From contig CAZSAY010000002.1 of the NCBI GenBank assembly GCA_964605225.1, forward strand, positions 1,748-65,747: DNA of 64,000 nt, given 5' to 3'. Source of the DNA: an uncultured Thermodesulfobacteriota bacterium. GTDB lineage: Bacteria; Desulfobacterota; GWC2-55-46; JADFVP01. Below, in pieces: positions 7,183 through 17,705 of the stretch. The position numbers and the translations under genes were made by a program. The notes under the pieces are model-generated. The model was not told the DNA's origin, made no database searches, and saw only the letters and a list, made by a program, of their open reading frames with translations. Numbering within the stretch: position 1 is the first letter of the stretch; each line of letters starts with the position of its first letter.

Positions 7183-9390
7183 ATGAAAATCACGGAAGAG
7201 GTAATCGCCGAGCATGGTATAAGCCCCGAGGAGTACGAGCGCCTTGTTACGGAGCTTGGCAGGGAGCCCAACTTTGTGGAGCTTGGTATTTTTTCCGTAA
7301 TGTGGAGCGAGCACTGCTCGTATAAATCATCGCGGGTGCACTTGAAGGGTTTTCCAACTACGGGCCCCCAGGTCATAGAAGGCCCGGGAGAGAACGCCGG
7401 TGTCGTGGATATAGGAGAGGGGCTTGCCTGCGTATTCAAGATGGAGAGCCACAATCATCCCTCTTTTATCGAGCCCTATGAAGGCGCGGCAACGGGAGTG
7501 GGCGGTATAATGCGCGATATCTTCACCATGGGCGCGCGGCCTGTGGCAAACCTCAACTACCTCTGCTTCGGCACTTTTGAGAATAAAAAAACCTCATACC
7601 TTGTAGACGGCGTTGTTGCGGGCATAGCCGGGTACGGCAACTGCATGGGCGTGCCTACTGTTGGGGGAGGGGTGTTTTTTAATGATTCCTATGCCGGAAA
7701 TTGCCTTGTAAACGTCATGACCGCAGGTATTGTGAGAAGTGATAAGATATTCAAGGGTACGGCATCGGGCGCGGGTAACCCTGTAATATATGTAGGTTCA
7801 AAGACTGGCCGCGACGGCATACACGGGGCCACCATGGCCTCTGACGTATTCGGCGAGGGCGGTGAGGAACGCCGTCCCACGGTGCAGGTAGGAGACCCTT
7901 TCAGGGAAAAACTCCTCCTTGAGGCCTGCCTTGATTTATTTAAAAAAGACTACATCGTGGGGATTCAGGACATGGGAGCCGCCGGGCTTACCTCATCGAG
8001 CGTGGAGATGGCTTCAAGGGGCAAGGCCGGCATAGAGATAGACATGGACGCCGTGCCTCAGCGCGAGACGGGTATGACGGCCTATGAGATACTCCTCTCC
8101 GAGTCTCAGGAGAGGATGTTAATAGTAGCGAAAAAGGGTTTTGAGGATAAGGTGAAGGCCATCTTCAGTAAATGGGACCTTGACTGCGAGGTTGTGGGAC
8201 GGGTCATAGAAGAAGAAAATGTGAGGATCCTTGAGCACGGGGCCGTGGCGGCGGAAATTCCCGTAACCATCCTTACCGATAGCGCGCCCCGTTATGATAG
8301 GCCCGCGAAGAGGCCCCAATGGCAGGACGAGATAGCATCACTTGATATGAAGAAAATCCCATTACCATCTGATTATAATAAGGTTTTTTTAGAGCTTCTA
8401 TCGTCCACAAACATATCAAGCCGCGAGTTTATATACACCCAGTTCGACTTCATGGTGCGCTCCGATACCGTCGTGGCGCCTGGCTCTGACGCCGCGGTTG
8501 TAAGAATAAAGGGTACGGACCGCGCCATAGCCCTCAGTGTGGATTGTAACCCCCTGTACTGTTACCTTGACCCCGCGTCCGGGGCAAAGGCCGCTGTTGC
8601 CGAGGCCGCGAGAAACCTTGTCTGCTCTGGGGCAAGGCCCCTTGCGTTGACGGATTGCCTGAATTTTGGCAACCCCGAGAGGCCCGAGGTAATGTGGCAG
8701 TTTACTTCAGCCGTGGAGGGTATTAAAGAGGCCTGCCTCAAACTGGCCGTCCCTGTCATAGGCGGCAACGTGAGCTTTTATAACGAGACAAGCGGCAAAG
8801 GCGTTTACCCCACGCCCACCATCGGAATGCTTGGCCTTATTGAGGATACAGCACTTATCACAAGGCAGTGGTTCCAGGGGCCCGGCCACGTAATAGCGCT
8901 TTTGGGAGAGACATTGCCGGGGCTCGGCGGCACGGAGTACCTGCGGCTTATCCATGGTAAAGAATGCGGTAAGGGGCCGATTATGGACCTGGGGGTTGAA
9001 AAACCCCTTCAAGAGGCTTGTCTGGAGGTCATAAAGACTGGTATAATATTATCTGCACACGATTGCTCAGAGGGCGGTCTTGCCGTGGCCCTTGCCGAGT
9101 CGGCCCTTAACCCCGCAGGGAGCGTGGGCGTGGATGTGGCCCTTGGAGAGGATTCAACGCTACGGCCCGACGAGGTTCTATTTGGCGAGACGCAGTCCCG
9201 GATACTGGTCTCTCTGGAAGAAAAAGACCTTAAGGCCCTTGAAGATATCTCGACACAAAAGGGCGTGCCCCTTAAGGTCATAGGGCGCACCGCCATTGAC
9301 GGATTCAGGATAAAGGGCCTTGTGGAGACCTCTCTTAATTCCCTTCACGAGGCGTTCAGGACGTCTTTACAAAAGCGCGTTGAGGGGTGA
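7183..9390 (+). CDS. purL: Phosphoribosylformylglycinamidine synthase subunit PurL
   Basis: 735 aa, small-PurL architecture. Motifs: [16 protein letters not shown], duplicated AIR-synthase-like domains. Confidence 0.95.
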   Translation: MKITEEVIAEHGISPEEYERLVTELGREPNFVELGIFSVMWSEHCSYKSSRVHLKGFPTTGPQVIEGPGENAGVVDIGEGLACVFKMESHNHPSFIEPYEGAATGVGGIMRDIFTMGARPVANLNYLCFGTFENKKTSYLVDGVVAGIAGYGNCMGVPTVGGGVFFNDSYAGNCLVNVMTAGIVRSDKIFKGTASGAGNPVIYVGSKTGRDGIHGATMASDVFGEGGEERRPTVQVGDPFREKLLLEACLDLFKKDYIVGIQDMGAAGLTSSSVEMASRGKAGIEIDMDAVPQRETGMTAYEILLSESQERMLIVAKKGFEDKVKAIFSKWDLDCEVVGRVIEEENVRILEHGAVAAEIPVTILTDSAPRYDRPAKRPQWQDEIASLDMKKIPLPSDYNKVFLELLSSTNISSREFIYTQFDFMVRSDTVVAPGSDAAVVRIKGTDRAIALSVDCNPLYCYLDPASGAKAAVAEAARNLVCSGARPLALTDCLNFGNPERPEVMWQFTSAVEGIKEACLKLAVPVIGGNVSFYNETSGKGVYPTPTIGMLGLIEDTALITRQWFQGPGHVIALLGETLPGLGGTEYLRLIHGKECGKGPIMDLGVEKPLQEACLEVIKTGIILSAHDCSEGGLAVALAESALNPAGSVGVDVALGEDSTLRPDEVLFGETQSRILVSLEEKDLKALEDISTQKGVPLKVIGRTAIDGFRIKGLVETSLNSLHEAFRTSLQKRVEG

Positions 9391-9492
9391 GCCGTGGGCC
9401 TTGTGCTCACTTACAGGCGTCTCATATGGACGACGTATTGAGTTAAGCTATTAATTCCAACCTTTAACATAATAAGGCCAGGGTACATACCA

Positions 9493-10905
9493 ATGGATAG
9501 TGCGTTCAGGGAAGACCGCTTTCACGATGAGTGCGGCGTCTTCGGTGTCTACGGTCATACAGAGGCCGCTAATCTCACATACCTCGGTCTATACGGCCTT
9601 CAGCACCGGGGACAGGAGAGCGCGGGTATCGCGTCCAGTGACGGTTGCCGCATATATTCCCATAAGGGCATGGGACTTGTCGCCGATGTCTTTGATAACG
9701 ATAGCATAAAGAACCTGCCCGGCACTTCGGCCATCGGCCATGTGCGCTACTCTACGGCAGGAGAGAGTCACATAAAAAACGCCCAGCCCTTTGTCGTTGA
9801 GTACGCACGCGGCGGCATAGCCGTAGCCCATAACGGCAATATTGTAAATTCTTTTGTCATACGCGCCGAGTTCGAGGCCCATGGCTCCATATTCCAGTCC
9901 GGCATGGACACGGAGACCATCGTTCACCTCATATCCTCGTGTAAGGAGCGTAAACTTATAGACAGGATAACCTATGCCCTTGGCAAGCTTAAAGGGGCCT
10001 TTTCCCTCGTATTTCTCACAGACCAGGGGACCATGGTGGCGGCTCGCGACCCATCGGGCTTCAGGCCCCTCTGTCTCGGCAGGCTGCGGGATTCCCTTGT
10101 TGTCGCCTCCGAGACCTGCGCCCTTGACCTCATCGAGGCCACATACATAAGAGATGTGGAGCCCGGTGAGGTAATCATGATGGATAAAAAGGGGCTTCGC
10201 TCCTTTAAGCCCTTTATCCAACAGGAGCCGAGGCAATGCATATTCGAGATGATATACTTTGCCCGTCCCGATTCCTACATATTTGGAAAAAGCGTCTACG
10301 CCGTAAGGAAGAACTTCGGACGCATCCTTGCCATGGAGAACCCCGTTGAGGCGGATATCGTTATCCCCGTGCCTGACTCAGGCGTCCCGGCGGCCATTGG
10401 TTATGCCGAGCAGTCGGGTATCCCTTTTGAGAAGGGCATTGTACGGAGCCATTACATGGGCAGGACCTTCATCGAGCCGCAGGATTCCATACGGCACTTC
10501 GGTGTCAAGCTTAAGCTTAACGCCGTAAAAGATTGCCTGAAGGGCAAACGGGTAGTGGTTGTCGACGATTCTATCGTACGGGGAACTACAAGCAGGAAGA
10601 TAGTTAAGATGATAAGGGACGCGCGGGCCAAAGAGGTCCATATGAGGATAAGCTCGCCTCCCAGCATATCGCCATGCTTTTACGGCATAGACACGCCCAC
10701 AAAAGAGGAACTTATAGCATCAAGTCACAGGGTGGAAGAGATAAACAATTATATCACCTCCGACTCCTTGAGTTATTTGAGTCTTGAGGGCTTGTATAAG
10801 GCCGTGGGAGAGACCACGGGGTTCTGCGATGCCTGTTTTACGGGGAAATACCCCGTAAAGGTTGAGGATGAGGTTAAGGCCCCGCAGTTAGTTCTTTTCA
10901 AGTAG
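9493..10905 (+). CDS. purF: Amidophosphoribosyltransferase
   Basis: N-terminal CGVFGV Ntn-glutaminase motif, PRTase motif [13 protein letters not shown], and C-terminal Cys residues. Confidence 0.95.
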   Translation: MDSAFREDRFHDECGVFGVYGHTEAANLTYLGLYGLQHRGQESAGIASSDGCRIYSHKGMGLVADVFDNDSIKNLPGTSAIGHVRYSTAGESHIKNAQPFVVEYARGGIAVAHNGNIVNSFVIRAEFEAHGSIFQSGMDTETIVHLISSCKERKLIDRITYALGKLKGAFSLVFLTDQGTMVAARDPSGFRPLCLGRLRDSLVVASETCALDLIEATYIRDVEPGEVIMMDKKGLRSFKPFIQQEPRQCIFEMIYFARPDSYIFGKSVYAVRKNFGRILAMENPVEADIVIPVPDSGVPAAIGYAEQSGIPFEKGIVRSHYMGRTFIEPQDSIRHFGVKLKLNAVKDCLKGKRVVVVDDSIVRGTTSRKIVKMIRDARAKEVHMRISSPPSISPCFYGIDTPTKEELIASSHRVEEINNYITSDSLSYLSLEGLYKAVGETTGFCDACFTGKYPVKVEDEVKAPQLVLFK

Positions 10906-10956
10906 ACATTTTAATTACTATAGCTTACGTATCAATCTATTCCCTGGAGGTATCCT

Positions 10957-11886
10957 ATGAAGAGGTTTTGTCGCCTGCTCCTTGCCATTGTACTCATCTC
11001 TCCACTTTTGTTCTCTTCCGGTCATGCCATCGCCGCTGACGCCAAAGCGGAAAAAACGGACAAACCCGTTAATAAGGCCGCTGACGCCAAGTCTGATAAG
11101 ATGACCCCAAAGGGTCCTGGCGCCAAAGCGGTTATAGATAAACCCTTGACCAGGGCCGAGAGAAAAAAGTTAAATGCGGAAAAAGCGAGAAAAGTTCTTG
11201 AGGAGAGAAGAAAGAACATGCCTCCTATAAAGATGGTCTATGTGGAAGGCGGGTGCTTCAATATGGGAGACTTCACCGGTGAGGGTGACGAAGATGAACA
11301 CCCCGTACACAAGGTCTGCCTCTCTGATTATTATATCGGCGAGGTAGAGGTCACCAACGGGCTATGGGAGCATGTCATGGGTATGCCCTTTGCCGAGGGC
11401 CTTGATCCCAAGATGCCCCTTACGGGGATAAACTGGAACTGGGCGAATCGTTTTATCGAAACTCTTAACGATCTCGTAGATGGATTTTACCGTATGCCCA
11501 CAGAGGCGGAGTGGGAGTATGCCGCCCGCGAGAGGGGAAAGAAGATAAGGTGGTCCGGAACGGATATGGATGAAGACATCCAGGATTACGCCTGGTTCTC
11601 CTATAACTCCAACTATAAGGTTCATTACGGCAGGCAGAAGAAACCTAACGCCCTGGGTATCTATGATATGACGGGTAACGCATGGGAGTGGGTGGAGGAC
11701 AACTTTGACTTTGATTATTACAAAAATAGTGAGAAGGAGGACCCCTTTGGCCCTGAGTTCTCCAACTGGCGCACAATCCGGGGCGGCTCTGTTTATGACG
11801 ACCCCCGGAAGATACGCACCACCTATCGCCATGCCAAGGAAGCTAATCTCGTATCCCCTGTTATAAGCTTTCGTCTTGCCGAGTAG
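10957..11886 (+). CDS. Exported formylglycine-generating-enzyme (SUMF1/EgtB/PvdO) family protein
   Basis: Signal peptide MKRFCRLLLAIVLISPLLFSSGHAIA, then an Ala/Lys-rich linker. FGE-sulfatase motifs follow: MVYVEGGCFNMGD, EAEWEYAAR, GNAWEWVED, RGGS. Confidence 0.8.
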   Translation: MKRFCRLLLAIVLISPLLFSSGHAIAADAKAEKTDKPVNKAADAKSDKMTPKGPGAKAVIDKPLTRAERKKLNAEKARKVLEERRKNMPPIKMVYVEGGCFNMGDFTGEGDEDEHPVHKVCLSDYYIGEVEVTNGLWEHVMGMPFAEGLDPKMPLTGINWNWANRFIETLNDLVDGFYRMPTEAEWEYAARERGKKIRWSGTDMDEDIQDYAWFSYNSNYKVHYGRQKKPNALGIYDMTGNAWEWVEDNFDFDYYKNSEKEDPFGPEFSNWRTIRGGSVYDDPRKIRTTYRHAKEANLVSPVISFRLAE

Positions 11887-11918
11887 GCCGCTTTCGTGAT
11901 GATCGAGGGAGAAACAAA

Positions 11919-12554
11919 ATGATTCGTAGCATCGGCGTGGGATTGAGTTCTCTTTTAATCCTTGTCCTTGCCTCTATGACGCTCTCATCATGCGCCGGCC
12001 CCGTAGCAATATCGAGGGGCCGATACAACGATGAGCTACAGAGGTGGACAGAGGAGGCAAAGATATACAGCAGTCTGGAAGAGCGGATCAGTGTGATTGC
12101 AACATACAGGGGGGCCGCCTTCAAAAGCGCATATCGTGATTATTACGCCCTTAGCTTCGGGCTTACTGATGATGAAAAATCACGACTGCGCACAAGTGAC
12201 AACCTTGCCGTGGACCGATACAGCGAGTTCCTTCTCTCTGTTCATACCTCCGAGGCGAGGCTAAATAACCTCGATAGCAAAAAATCTTCCTGGAAGATAT
12301 CCCTTTCGGATAGTAACGGCCAAAGGACAAGACCCCTCTCAATAGAGCGGGTTGACAGGGCCGATCCGGTAAGAGGTGAACTCTTCCCCTATATCGACCT
12401 CTGGAGCACGGCATATGTGCTTCGTTTCCCCCGTTACACTGAAAGCGGAAAATCGCTTATCCCTGCCACTGATTCCACGTTCATGAAACTGACTATTTCA
12501 AGCGTCCTTGGAGAAGTGGAGCTGAAATGGGACTTAGAGCACTCTACTCATTAA
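11919..12554 (+). CDS. Hypothetical lipoprotein
   Basis: Lipobox-like LSSC after a hydrophobic N-terminus. I recognise no family. Probably co-transcribed with the FGE-like gene (32-nt gap). Confidence 0.5.
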   Translation: MIRSIGVGLSSLLILVLASMTLSSCAGPVAISRGRYNDELQRWTEEAKIYSSLEERISVIATYRGAAFKSAYRDYYALSFGLTDDEKSRLRTSDNLAVDRYSEFLLSVHTSEARLNNLDSKKSSWKISLSDSNGQRTRPLSIERVDRADPVRGELFPYIDLWSTAYVLRFPRYTESGKSLIPATDSTFMKLTISSVLGEVELKWDLEHSTH

Positions 12555-12669
12555 GGGCCTTGCCATCTCGCCTCCTAACAGGACACTTCAAGAAAAAACT
12601 TCTTGCAAGCTCTTGCATGGATGTGATATTAATACACGATTAAATACACACGCGTTGGAGGGTTTTTTT

Positions 12670-12739
12670 GCGGTCTCCGCGGAAGCGGAGCACGGAGATG
12701 CCGGCGCGGAGGTTATTAACCGCAAAAGGAGGCAACACA
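12670..12739 (+). promoter_or_regulatory. Structured rpsB 5' leader with mutually exclusive hairpins next to the SD
   Basis: CTCCGC (12675-12680) can pair with GCGGAG at 12685-12690 or with GCGGAG at 12706-12711. GCGGT (12670-12674) is complementary to ACCGC (12719-12723), which abuts the SD AAAGGAGG (12725-12732). Confidence 0.35.
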
Positions 12740-13723
12740 ATGGCTTATCTCACTATGAAACAGCTTCTCGAGAGCGGTGTCCACTTTGGGCATCAGACGA
12801 GGAGATGGAACCCCAAGATGAAGTCCTATATCTTCGGGGCCAGAAACGGCATCTACATAATAGACCTGCAGCAGACCGTAAGACTCTTCAAAACGTCGTA
12901 CAATTATATCCGCGATATCTCCGCCAGAGGCGGCCAGGTCCTTTTTGTGGGCACAAAAAAACAGGCCCACAAATCCATTGAGGAAGAGGCGCGCCGGTGC
13001 GGCATGTTCTATGTAAATAACAGATGGATAGGCGGTTTTCTCACGAACTTCGCTACGGTTAAAAAGAGTATCGCCCGCCTTAACAAGCTTGATAAACTCG
13101 AAGAGAGCGATGACTTCGCCGGCTCCACAAAAAAAGAACGCCTCATGCTCGAAAGAGAAAAACTGAGGCTTGAAAAGTACCTCGGCGGTGTGCGAGAGAT
13201 GAAGGCGCCGCCTTCCGTACTCTTCGTCGTTGACTCCAAAAAAGAGAGCATAGCGATAAGGGAAGCGCGTAAACTTGGCATAACCGTTGTTGCAATCGTG
13301 GATTCGAACTGCGACCCCGATGAGGTAGACATGGTTATCCCCGGTAACGACGACGCCATACGGGCCATTAAGCTCTTTTCGTCTTCAGTGGCGGATGCCT
13401 GCATAGAGGGCAGGGCCATGTATGAGGCAAGCCTTCAGAGCGCCGCGGACGACGCGGCCGCTGAGCTCGCCGCGAAAGAAGAGAGTGAGGCGAAGAAAAG
13501 CCCTGCCAGTGATGATAAGGCCGTTGTAAAAAACGTCAAGGCCAAGGCCGCTCCGGAGGTAAAAGCTGTAGAGCCCCAACCGGCTGAGACCGAGGCTCCT
13601 GCTCCAGCAGAGGCCGCCGCGCCCACCGGGGCTCCTGCAGAGGCCGCCAACCCCGAGACGGCCGCCGCGCCCGCCGAGGCTCGGGCCAAAGAAAATGATA
13701 AGACGGAAGAGCCTGCCTCATAA
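12740..13723 (+). CDS. rpsB: 30S ribosomal protein S2 with long Ala/Glu/Pro-rich C-terminal tail
   Basis: [30 protein letters not shown] 12740 lies 7 nt after AAAGGAGG. The last roughly 90 aa are low complexity. Confidence 0.95.
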   Translation: MAYLTMKQLLESGVHFGHQTRRWNPKMKSYIFGARNGIYIIDLQQTVRLFKTSYNYIRDISARGGQVLFVGTKKQAHKSIEEEARRCGMFYVNNRWIGGFLTNFATVKKSIARLNKLDKLEESDDFAGSTKKERLMLEREKLRLEKYLGGVREMKAPPSVLFVVDSKKESIAIREARKLGITVVAIVDSNCDPDEVDMVIPGNDDAIRAIKLFSSSVADACIEGRAMYEASLQSAADDAAAELAAKEESEAKKSPASDDKAVVKNVKAKAAPEVKAVEPQPAETEAPAPAEAAAPTGAPAEAANPETAAAPAEARAKENDKTEEPAS

Positions 13724-13788
13724 GCCTTGCAGACAAGGTACGGAGCGGTTTTAAGATAAAGAATATATTTACGGGGAGATGGATATAA

Positions 13789-14436
13789 ATGGAAATTTCG
13801 GCAAAAACGGTTAAGGAACTCAGGGAAAAAACAGGCGCTGGCTTCATGGACTGCAAGAAGGCCCTTAAGGAGACGGGCGGTGATTTGGAAAAAGCCCTTG
13901 TATATCTTCGAGAAAAAGGCCTCTCTGCGGCAGAGAAGAAGTCCGGCAGGGTTACCTCCGAGGGTATCATATATTCCTATATCCACGCTGGCGGTAAACT
14001 TGGCGTCCTTCTTGAGGTTAACTGCGAGACGGATTTTGTTGCGAGAAATGAGGACTTCATTGCCCTTGTTAAAGACATAGCAATGCATATAGCCGCCATG
14101 GGCCCCGCCTACATCAGGCGCTCCGAGGTGCCGGCCGATGTAGTGGAGGCTGAAAAAGCCATATACGTCAATCAGGCGAAGGACTCTGGAAAGCCGGACC
14201 ATGTGATAGAAAAGATAGTAGAGGGAAAGCTTGATAAGTTCGTCAAGGGCATGTGCCTCCTTGAGCAGTCTTTTGTGAAGGACCCAGATAAGACCGTGGA
14301 AAAGCTTATAGTGGAGAGTATCGCCAAGATAGGCGAGAATATCTCTGTAAGGCGTTTTGTAAGGTTCAAGGTCGGCGAGGGGCTGGAGAAAAAAGAAGAC
14401 GACTTTATTAAAGAGGTAGCGGCCCTTCAGGGTTGA
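13789..14436 (+). CDS. tsf: Elongation factor Ts (short form)
   Basis: The N-terminal UBA-like motif [19 protein letters not shown] and position directly after rpsB. Confidence 0.95.
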   Translation: MEISAKTVKELREKTGAGFMDCKKALKETGGDLEKALVYLREKGLSAAEKKSGRVTSEGIIYSYIHAGGKLGVLLEVNCETDFVARNEDFIALVKDIAMHIAAMGPAYIRRSEVPADVVEAEKAIYVNQAKDSGKPDHVIEKIVEGKLDKFVKGMCLLEQSFVKDPDKTVEKLIVESIAKIGENISVRRFVRFKVGEGLEKKEDDFIKEVAALQG

Positions 14437-14631
14437 GCTTCAGGTAGCTTTTCTACCTCCTGCCAGGCCCCTGGGCGTTTATAAAATTTGACGCTTATAA
14501 TATTGGGCACTTATGGATAAGAGGGCCGTTTCGTTAGTTTGAACATGGGCCTTACCTCTTTTCTACCCCGGTGCGCGCCAACAGCCTTTTACAGGCAACA
14601 GCCGTTTCCGGCTTCTGTATCCCGGGAGATC

Positions 14632-15351
14632 ATGACCCATAGATTAAAGTATAAAAAAATACTACTTAAGCTCTCCGGTGAGGTTCTCATGGGGGGCCTT
14701 GAGTATGGCATCGAAAACAGTACCGTCATGGGCGTTGCATCGGAGATAACCGCTCTGCACGAACTCGGCGTTGAGGTATCTATTGTTATCGGAGGCGGAA
14801 ATATTTTCAGAGGTGTTTCTTCAAGCGCGAAAGGCATGGAGCGGGCTACCGCCGATTATGTGGGCATGCTCGCCACTGTGATAAACGCCCTCATGCTACA
14901 GGATGCCCTTGAGAGGATGGAGGTGCATACAAGGGTCATATCCGCCATAGAGATGAAGGAGCTTGCAGAGCCCTATATAAGAAGAAGGGCCATAAGGCAC
15001 CTTGAGAAGGGGAGGGTGCTGATCTTCGGCGCCGGCACAGGCAACCCGTATTTTACAACAGATACGGCCGCGGCCCTTCGGGCCATGGAGATGCACGCTG
15101 ATGTGCTTTTAAAGGGGACCAAGGTAGACGGCGTTTATGACAGAGACCCTGTCAATGACGAGAAGGCCGTTAAATACGAAAGCCTCACATATCTCGATGT
15201 CCTGAAGCTCGGGCTGAAGGTGATGGACTCAACGGCGGTCTCGCTCTGCATGGATAACAAGATGCCCATTGTTGTATTTGATATCAAAGGTCCCGGCAAC
15301 CTTACCCGCATCGCCAGAGGCGAGAAAATTGGAACAATGGTACAACCCTGA
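14632..15351 (+). CDS. pyrH: UMP kinase
   Basis: [12 protein letters not shown]...GGGNIFRG...[10 protein letters not shown] motifs. I chose ATG 14632 over the track start at 14539. Confidence 0.9.
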   Translation: MTHRLKYKKILLKLSGEVLMGGLEYGIENSTVMGVASEITALHELGVEVSIVIGGGNIFRGVSSSAKGMERATADYVGMLATVINALMLQDALERMEVHTRVISAIEMKELAEPYIRRRAIRHLEKGRVLIFGAGTGNPYFTTDTAAALRAMEMHADVLLKGTKVDGVYDRDPVNDEKAVKYESLTYLDVLKLGLKVMDSTAVSLCMDNKMPIVVFDIKGPGNLTRIARGEKIGTMVQP

Positions 15352-15374
15352 GGTGATTTTTTTTCGGAGGTAGC

Positions 15375-15932
15375 GTGAACAGGCAGAACCAGAAAGAGAT
15401 GAGGGAGAAAATGGACCGGGCGCTTGAGGCCCTTGCCCACGAGTTTTCTTCTTTAAGGACCGGGCGGGCCTCAGTAGCTATCTTTGACGGTGTAATGGTG
15501 GATTATTACGGCTCACCAACGCCACTTAATCAGGTTGCCACATTAAGCGCGCCGGAGCCGAGGCAGATTACCATAGCGCCCTGGGACGTATCTCAGATAC
15601 GGGCCATTGAGAAGGCCATAATTGGTTCTGTTCTTGGTCTTACACCCTCTAACGATGGTAAGATAATACGCATCAATATACCTCAGCTTACGCAGGAGAG
15701 GAGAAAAGAACTCGTCAAGGTTGCCCATAACTTCGGCGAAGAGTGCAGGGTTTCCATTAGAAACATACGCAGGGAGTTTAACGATAAGGCCAGGAAGCTT
15801 GAGAAGAACAAGGAAATTTCCCAGGACGAGCAAAAGAAGGCCTGTGAAGATATTCAGTCCATGACCGATTCTTATATCAAGAAGGTAGAAGAGGCCTTTG
15901 CAAGAAAAGAGGCCGAGATAATGGAAGTTTAG
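15375..15932 (+). CDS. frr: Ribosome recycling factor
   Basis: SLRTGRAS...YYGSPTPLNQVA aligns with E. coli Frr from residue 1. GTG start. Confidence 0.95.
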   Translation: MNRQNQKEMREKMDRALEALAHEFSSLRTGRASVAIFDGVMVDYYGSPTPLNQVATLSAPEPRQITIAPWDVSQIRAIEKAIIGSVLGLTPSNDGKIIRINIPQLTQERRKELVKVAHNFGEECRVSIRNIRREFNDKARKLEKNKEISQDEQKKACEDIQSMTDSYIKKVEEAFARKEAEIMEV

Positions 15933-16051
15933 CGGGTCAGGAGGGGCACGGTGTAATCCACCTCGTCTCTAACCCGAAAGACGTTTTATTGGTTACAAAT
16001 AATCTCCGTAATGTAGATTCTCCGCATAATTATATAAAAGGCCTTTGTAAT

Positions 16052-16792
16052 ATGGTAAAGCTCTCTCACCAACCCCCGCCCCGCCATATAGCCATCATAA
16101 TGGATGGCAACGGTCGTTGGGCCCGCAAAAGGCTCCTTAACAGGATTAGCGGCCACACAAAAGGCATTGAGGTCGTTAGAGACGTAGTTACCTGTTGCAG
16201 GGAGCTTGGCGTCAAGTATCTTACGCTCTATACCTTCTCAAGGGAAAACTGGCAACGCCCTGCCGAGGAAGTGGGCTTTCTCATGCGTCTTCTTGAGAAA
16301 CATCTCAGAAAGGAAGAAGACCTTTTTATTAAAAACAGGATTCGATTCAGCGCCATCGGCAATATGGCGGAACTACCGGCAAATGTCCGCGCCGCGGTTG
16401 AAGACCTCGAGGCCAAGACAGCTTCATTTACCGATATGCACCTTCAGCTCGCCCTCAGCTACAGCGGACGGCATGAGATAATACGTGCAACGAAGATACT
16501 TGCGGAAAAGGCGGCCCGCGGCCTGATTAAAGCAGATGATATTACAGAAGAAATCTTCAGCAGGGGTCTTTATACGGCAGGTCTGCCTGATCCCGATCTA
16601 CTCATCAGGACAAGCGGCGAGAGCAGGATAAGTAACTTCCTCTTATGGCAACTCGCCTATACGGAGATACATATAACCGATGTCCTCTGGCCGGATTTTT
16701 CAAGAGAGGACCTGAAGGATGCCATCAGGGATTATCACCGGCGTGAACGGCGCTTCGGCCTTATTAGCGAAAAGGTCGGCGCACTTCTTTAA
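16052..16792 (+). CDS. uppS: Isoprenyl transferase (undecaprenyl-diphosphate synthase)
   Basis: HIAIIMDGNGRWA...RTSGE.RISNFLLWQLAYTE motifs. I chose ATG 16052. Confidence 0.9.
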   Translation: MVKLSHQPPPRHIAIIMDGNGRWARKRLLNRISGHTKGIEVVRDVVTCCRELGVKYLTLYTFSRENWQRPAEEVGFLMRLLEKHLRKEEDLFIKNRIRFSAIGNMAELPANVRAAVEDLEAKTASFTDMHLQLALSYSGRHEIIRATKILAEKAARGLIKADDITEEIFSRGLYTAGLPDPDLLIRTSGESRISNFLLWQLAYTEIHITDVLWPDFSREDLKDAIRDYHRRERRFGLISEKVGALL

Positions 16793-16942
16793 ATATATAT
16801 CCATGAATCATGTTCTTATTGCCATGAATACCATTTTGCGAAAACACCAGAGGTCATACTGAAAAGGGTAGCTACAGCCTTTTTTCTCATTCCCGCCGTA
16901 GTCGCCCTTGTCCTCTATGGCCCGCCTCTCCTCATATTTGTT

Positions 16943-17653
16943 GTGGTGATGGGCATTACCTTTCTTGCGCTCCTTGAGTACAACAAGATAAGTTCCCTTA
17001 TCTCCGGCGGCAGAGGCGGCGGAGTCATAACCTCGCTTATCGGCCTCGCTATTCCCATATGCGTCTATCACTCCGGACACGGGTCCCCGGGCGTGCTCTT
17101 TGCGGCCGCCTTTTTTGTCTTTTTGTTCTCGGCCCTGCCGGGTGAAAGACACTTCAGGCAGGCGCTCCCCGAGGCGGCGATGAAGACAACGGGACTCGTA
17201 TACATAAGCCTTCCGTTATCATACTTCATCCTCCTCTCCAACGCCCCGCTTGGAAGGTGGTGGGCACTTTTTTTCCTTATCGTAATCTGGTGTAATGATT
17301 CCTTTGCGTATTTTTCCGGCAGGGCCTTTGGACGCCATAAGCTCTGCCCCTCCATAAGCCCGGGTAAAACCGTTGAGGGCGCCATAGGGGGTCTTGCCTC
17401 AGGCGTAGTTGCCGCGCTTATCTTCAACGGCTTTACCTGCCTCACCGGTTACGGCGCCGTTATCCTTATCGCTCTTGTCACGGGGGTCCTGGGAATCTTC
17501 GGAGACCTCTCCGAGTCTCTCATAAAAAGAGGCGCGGGGGTGAAGGACTCAGGCACCATGGTGCCGGGTCATGGTGGGGTACTTGACAGGATAGACAGCA
17601 TGTTTTTTTCCCTGCCCGCGATTTATATGCTGGCAATATACTTTAAAATATAG
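16943..17653 (+). CDS. cdsA: Phosphatidate cytidylyltransferase (start probably upstream, near 16856-16859)
   Basis: C-terminal CTP-transferase signature SLIKRGAGVKDSGTMVPGHGGVLDRIDS. The same frame stays open back to 16793 and encodes a typical first helix, ILKRVATAFFLIPAVVALVLYG, with no ATG/GTG/TTG available there. Confidence 0.85.
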   Translation: MVMGITFLALLEYNKISSLISGGRGGGVITSLIGLAIPICVYHSGHGSPGVLFAAAFFVFLFSALPGERHFRQALPEAAMKTTGLVYISLPLSYFILLSNAPLGRWWALFFLIVIWCNDSFAYFSGRAFGRHKLCPSISPGKTVEGAIGGLASGVVAALIFNGFTCLTGYGAVILIALVTGVLGIFGDLSESLIKRGAGVKDSGTMVPGHGGVLDRIDSMFFSLPAIYMLAIYFKI

Positions 17654-17705
17654 GATACTATAAGCTTGTGTTTTTTCTCCTTTTCGAAGTGGAGGTCTCC
17701 TTTTA

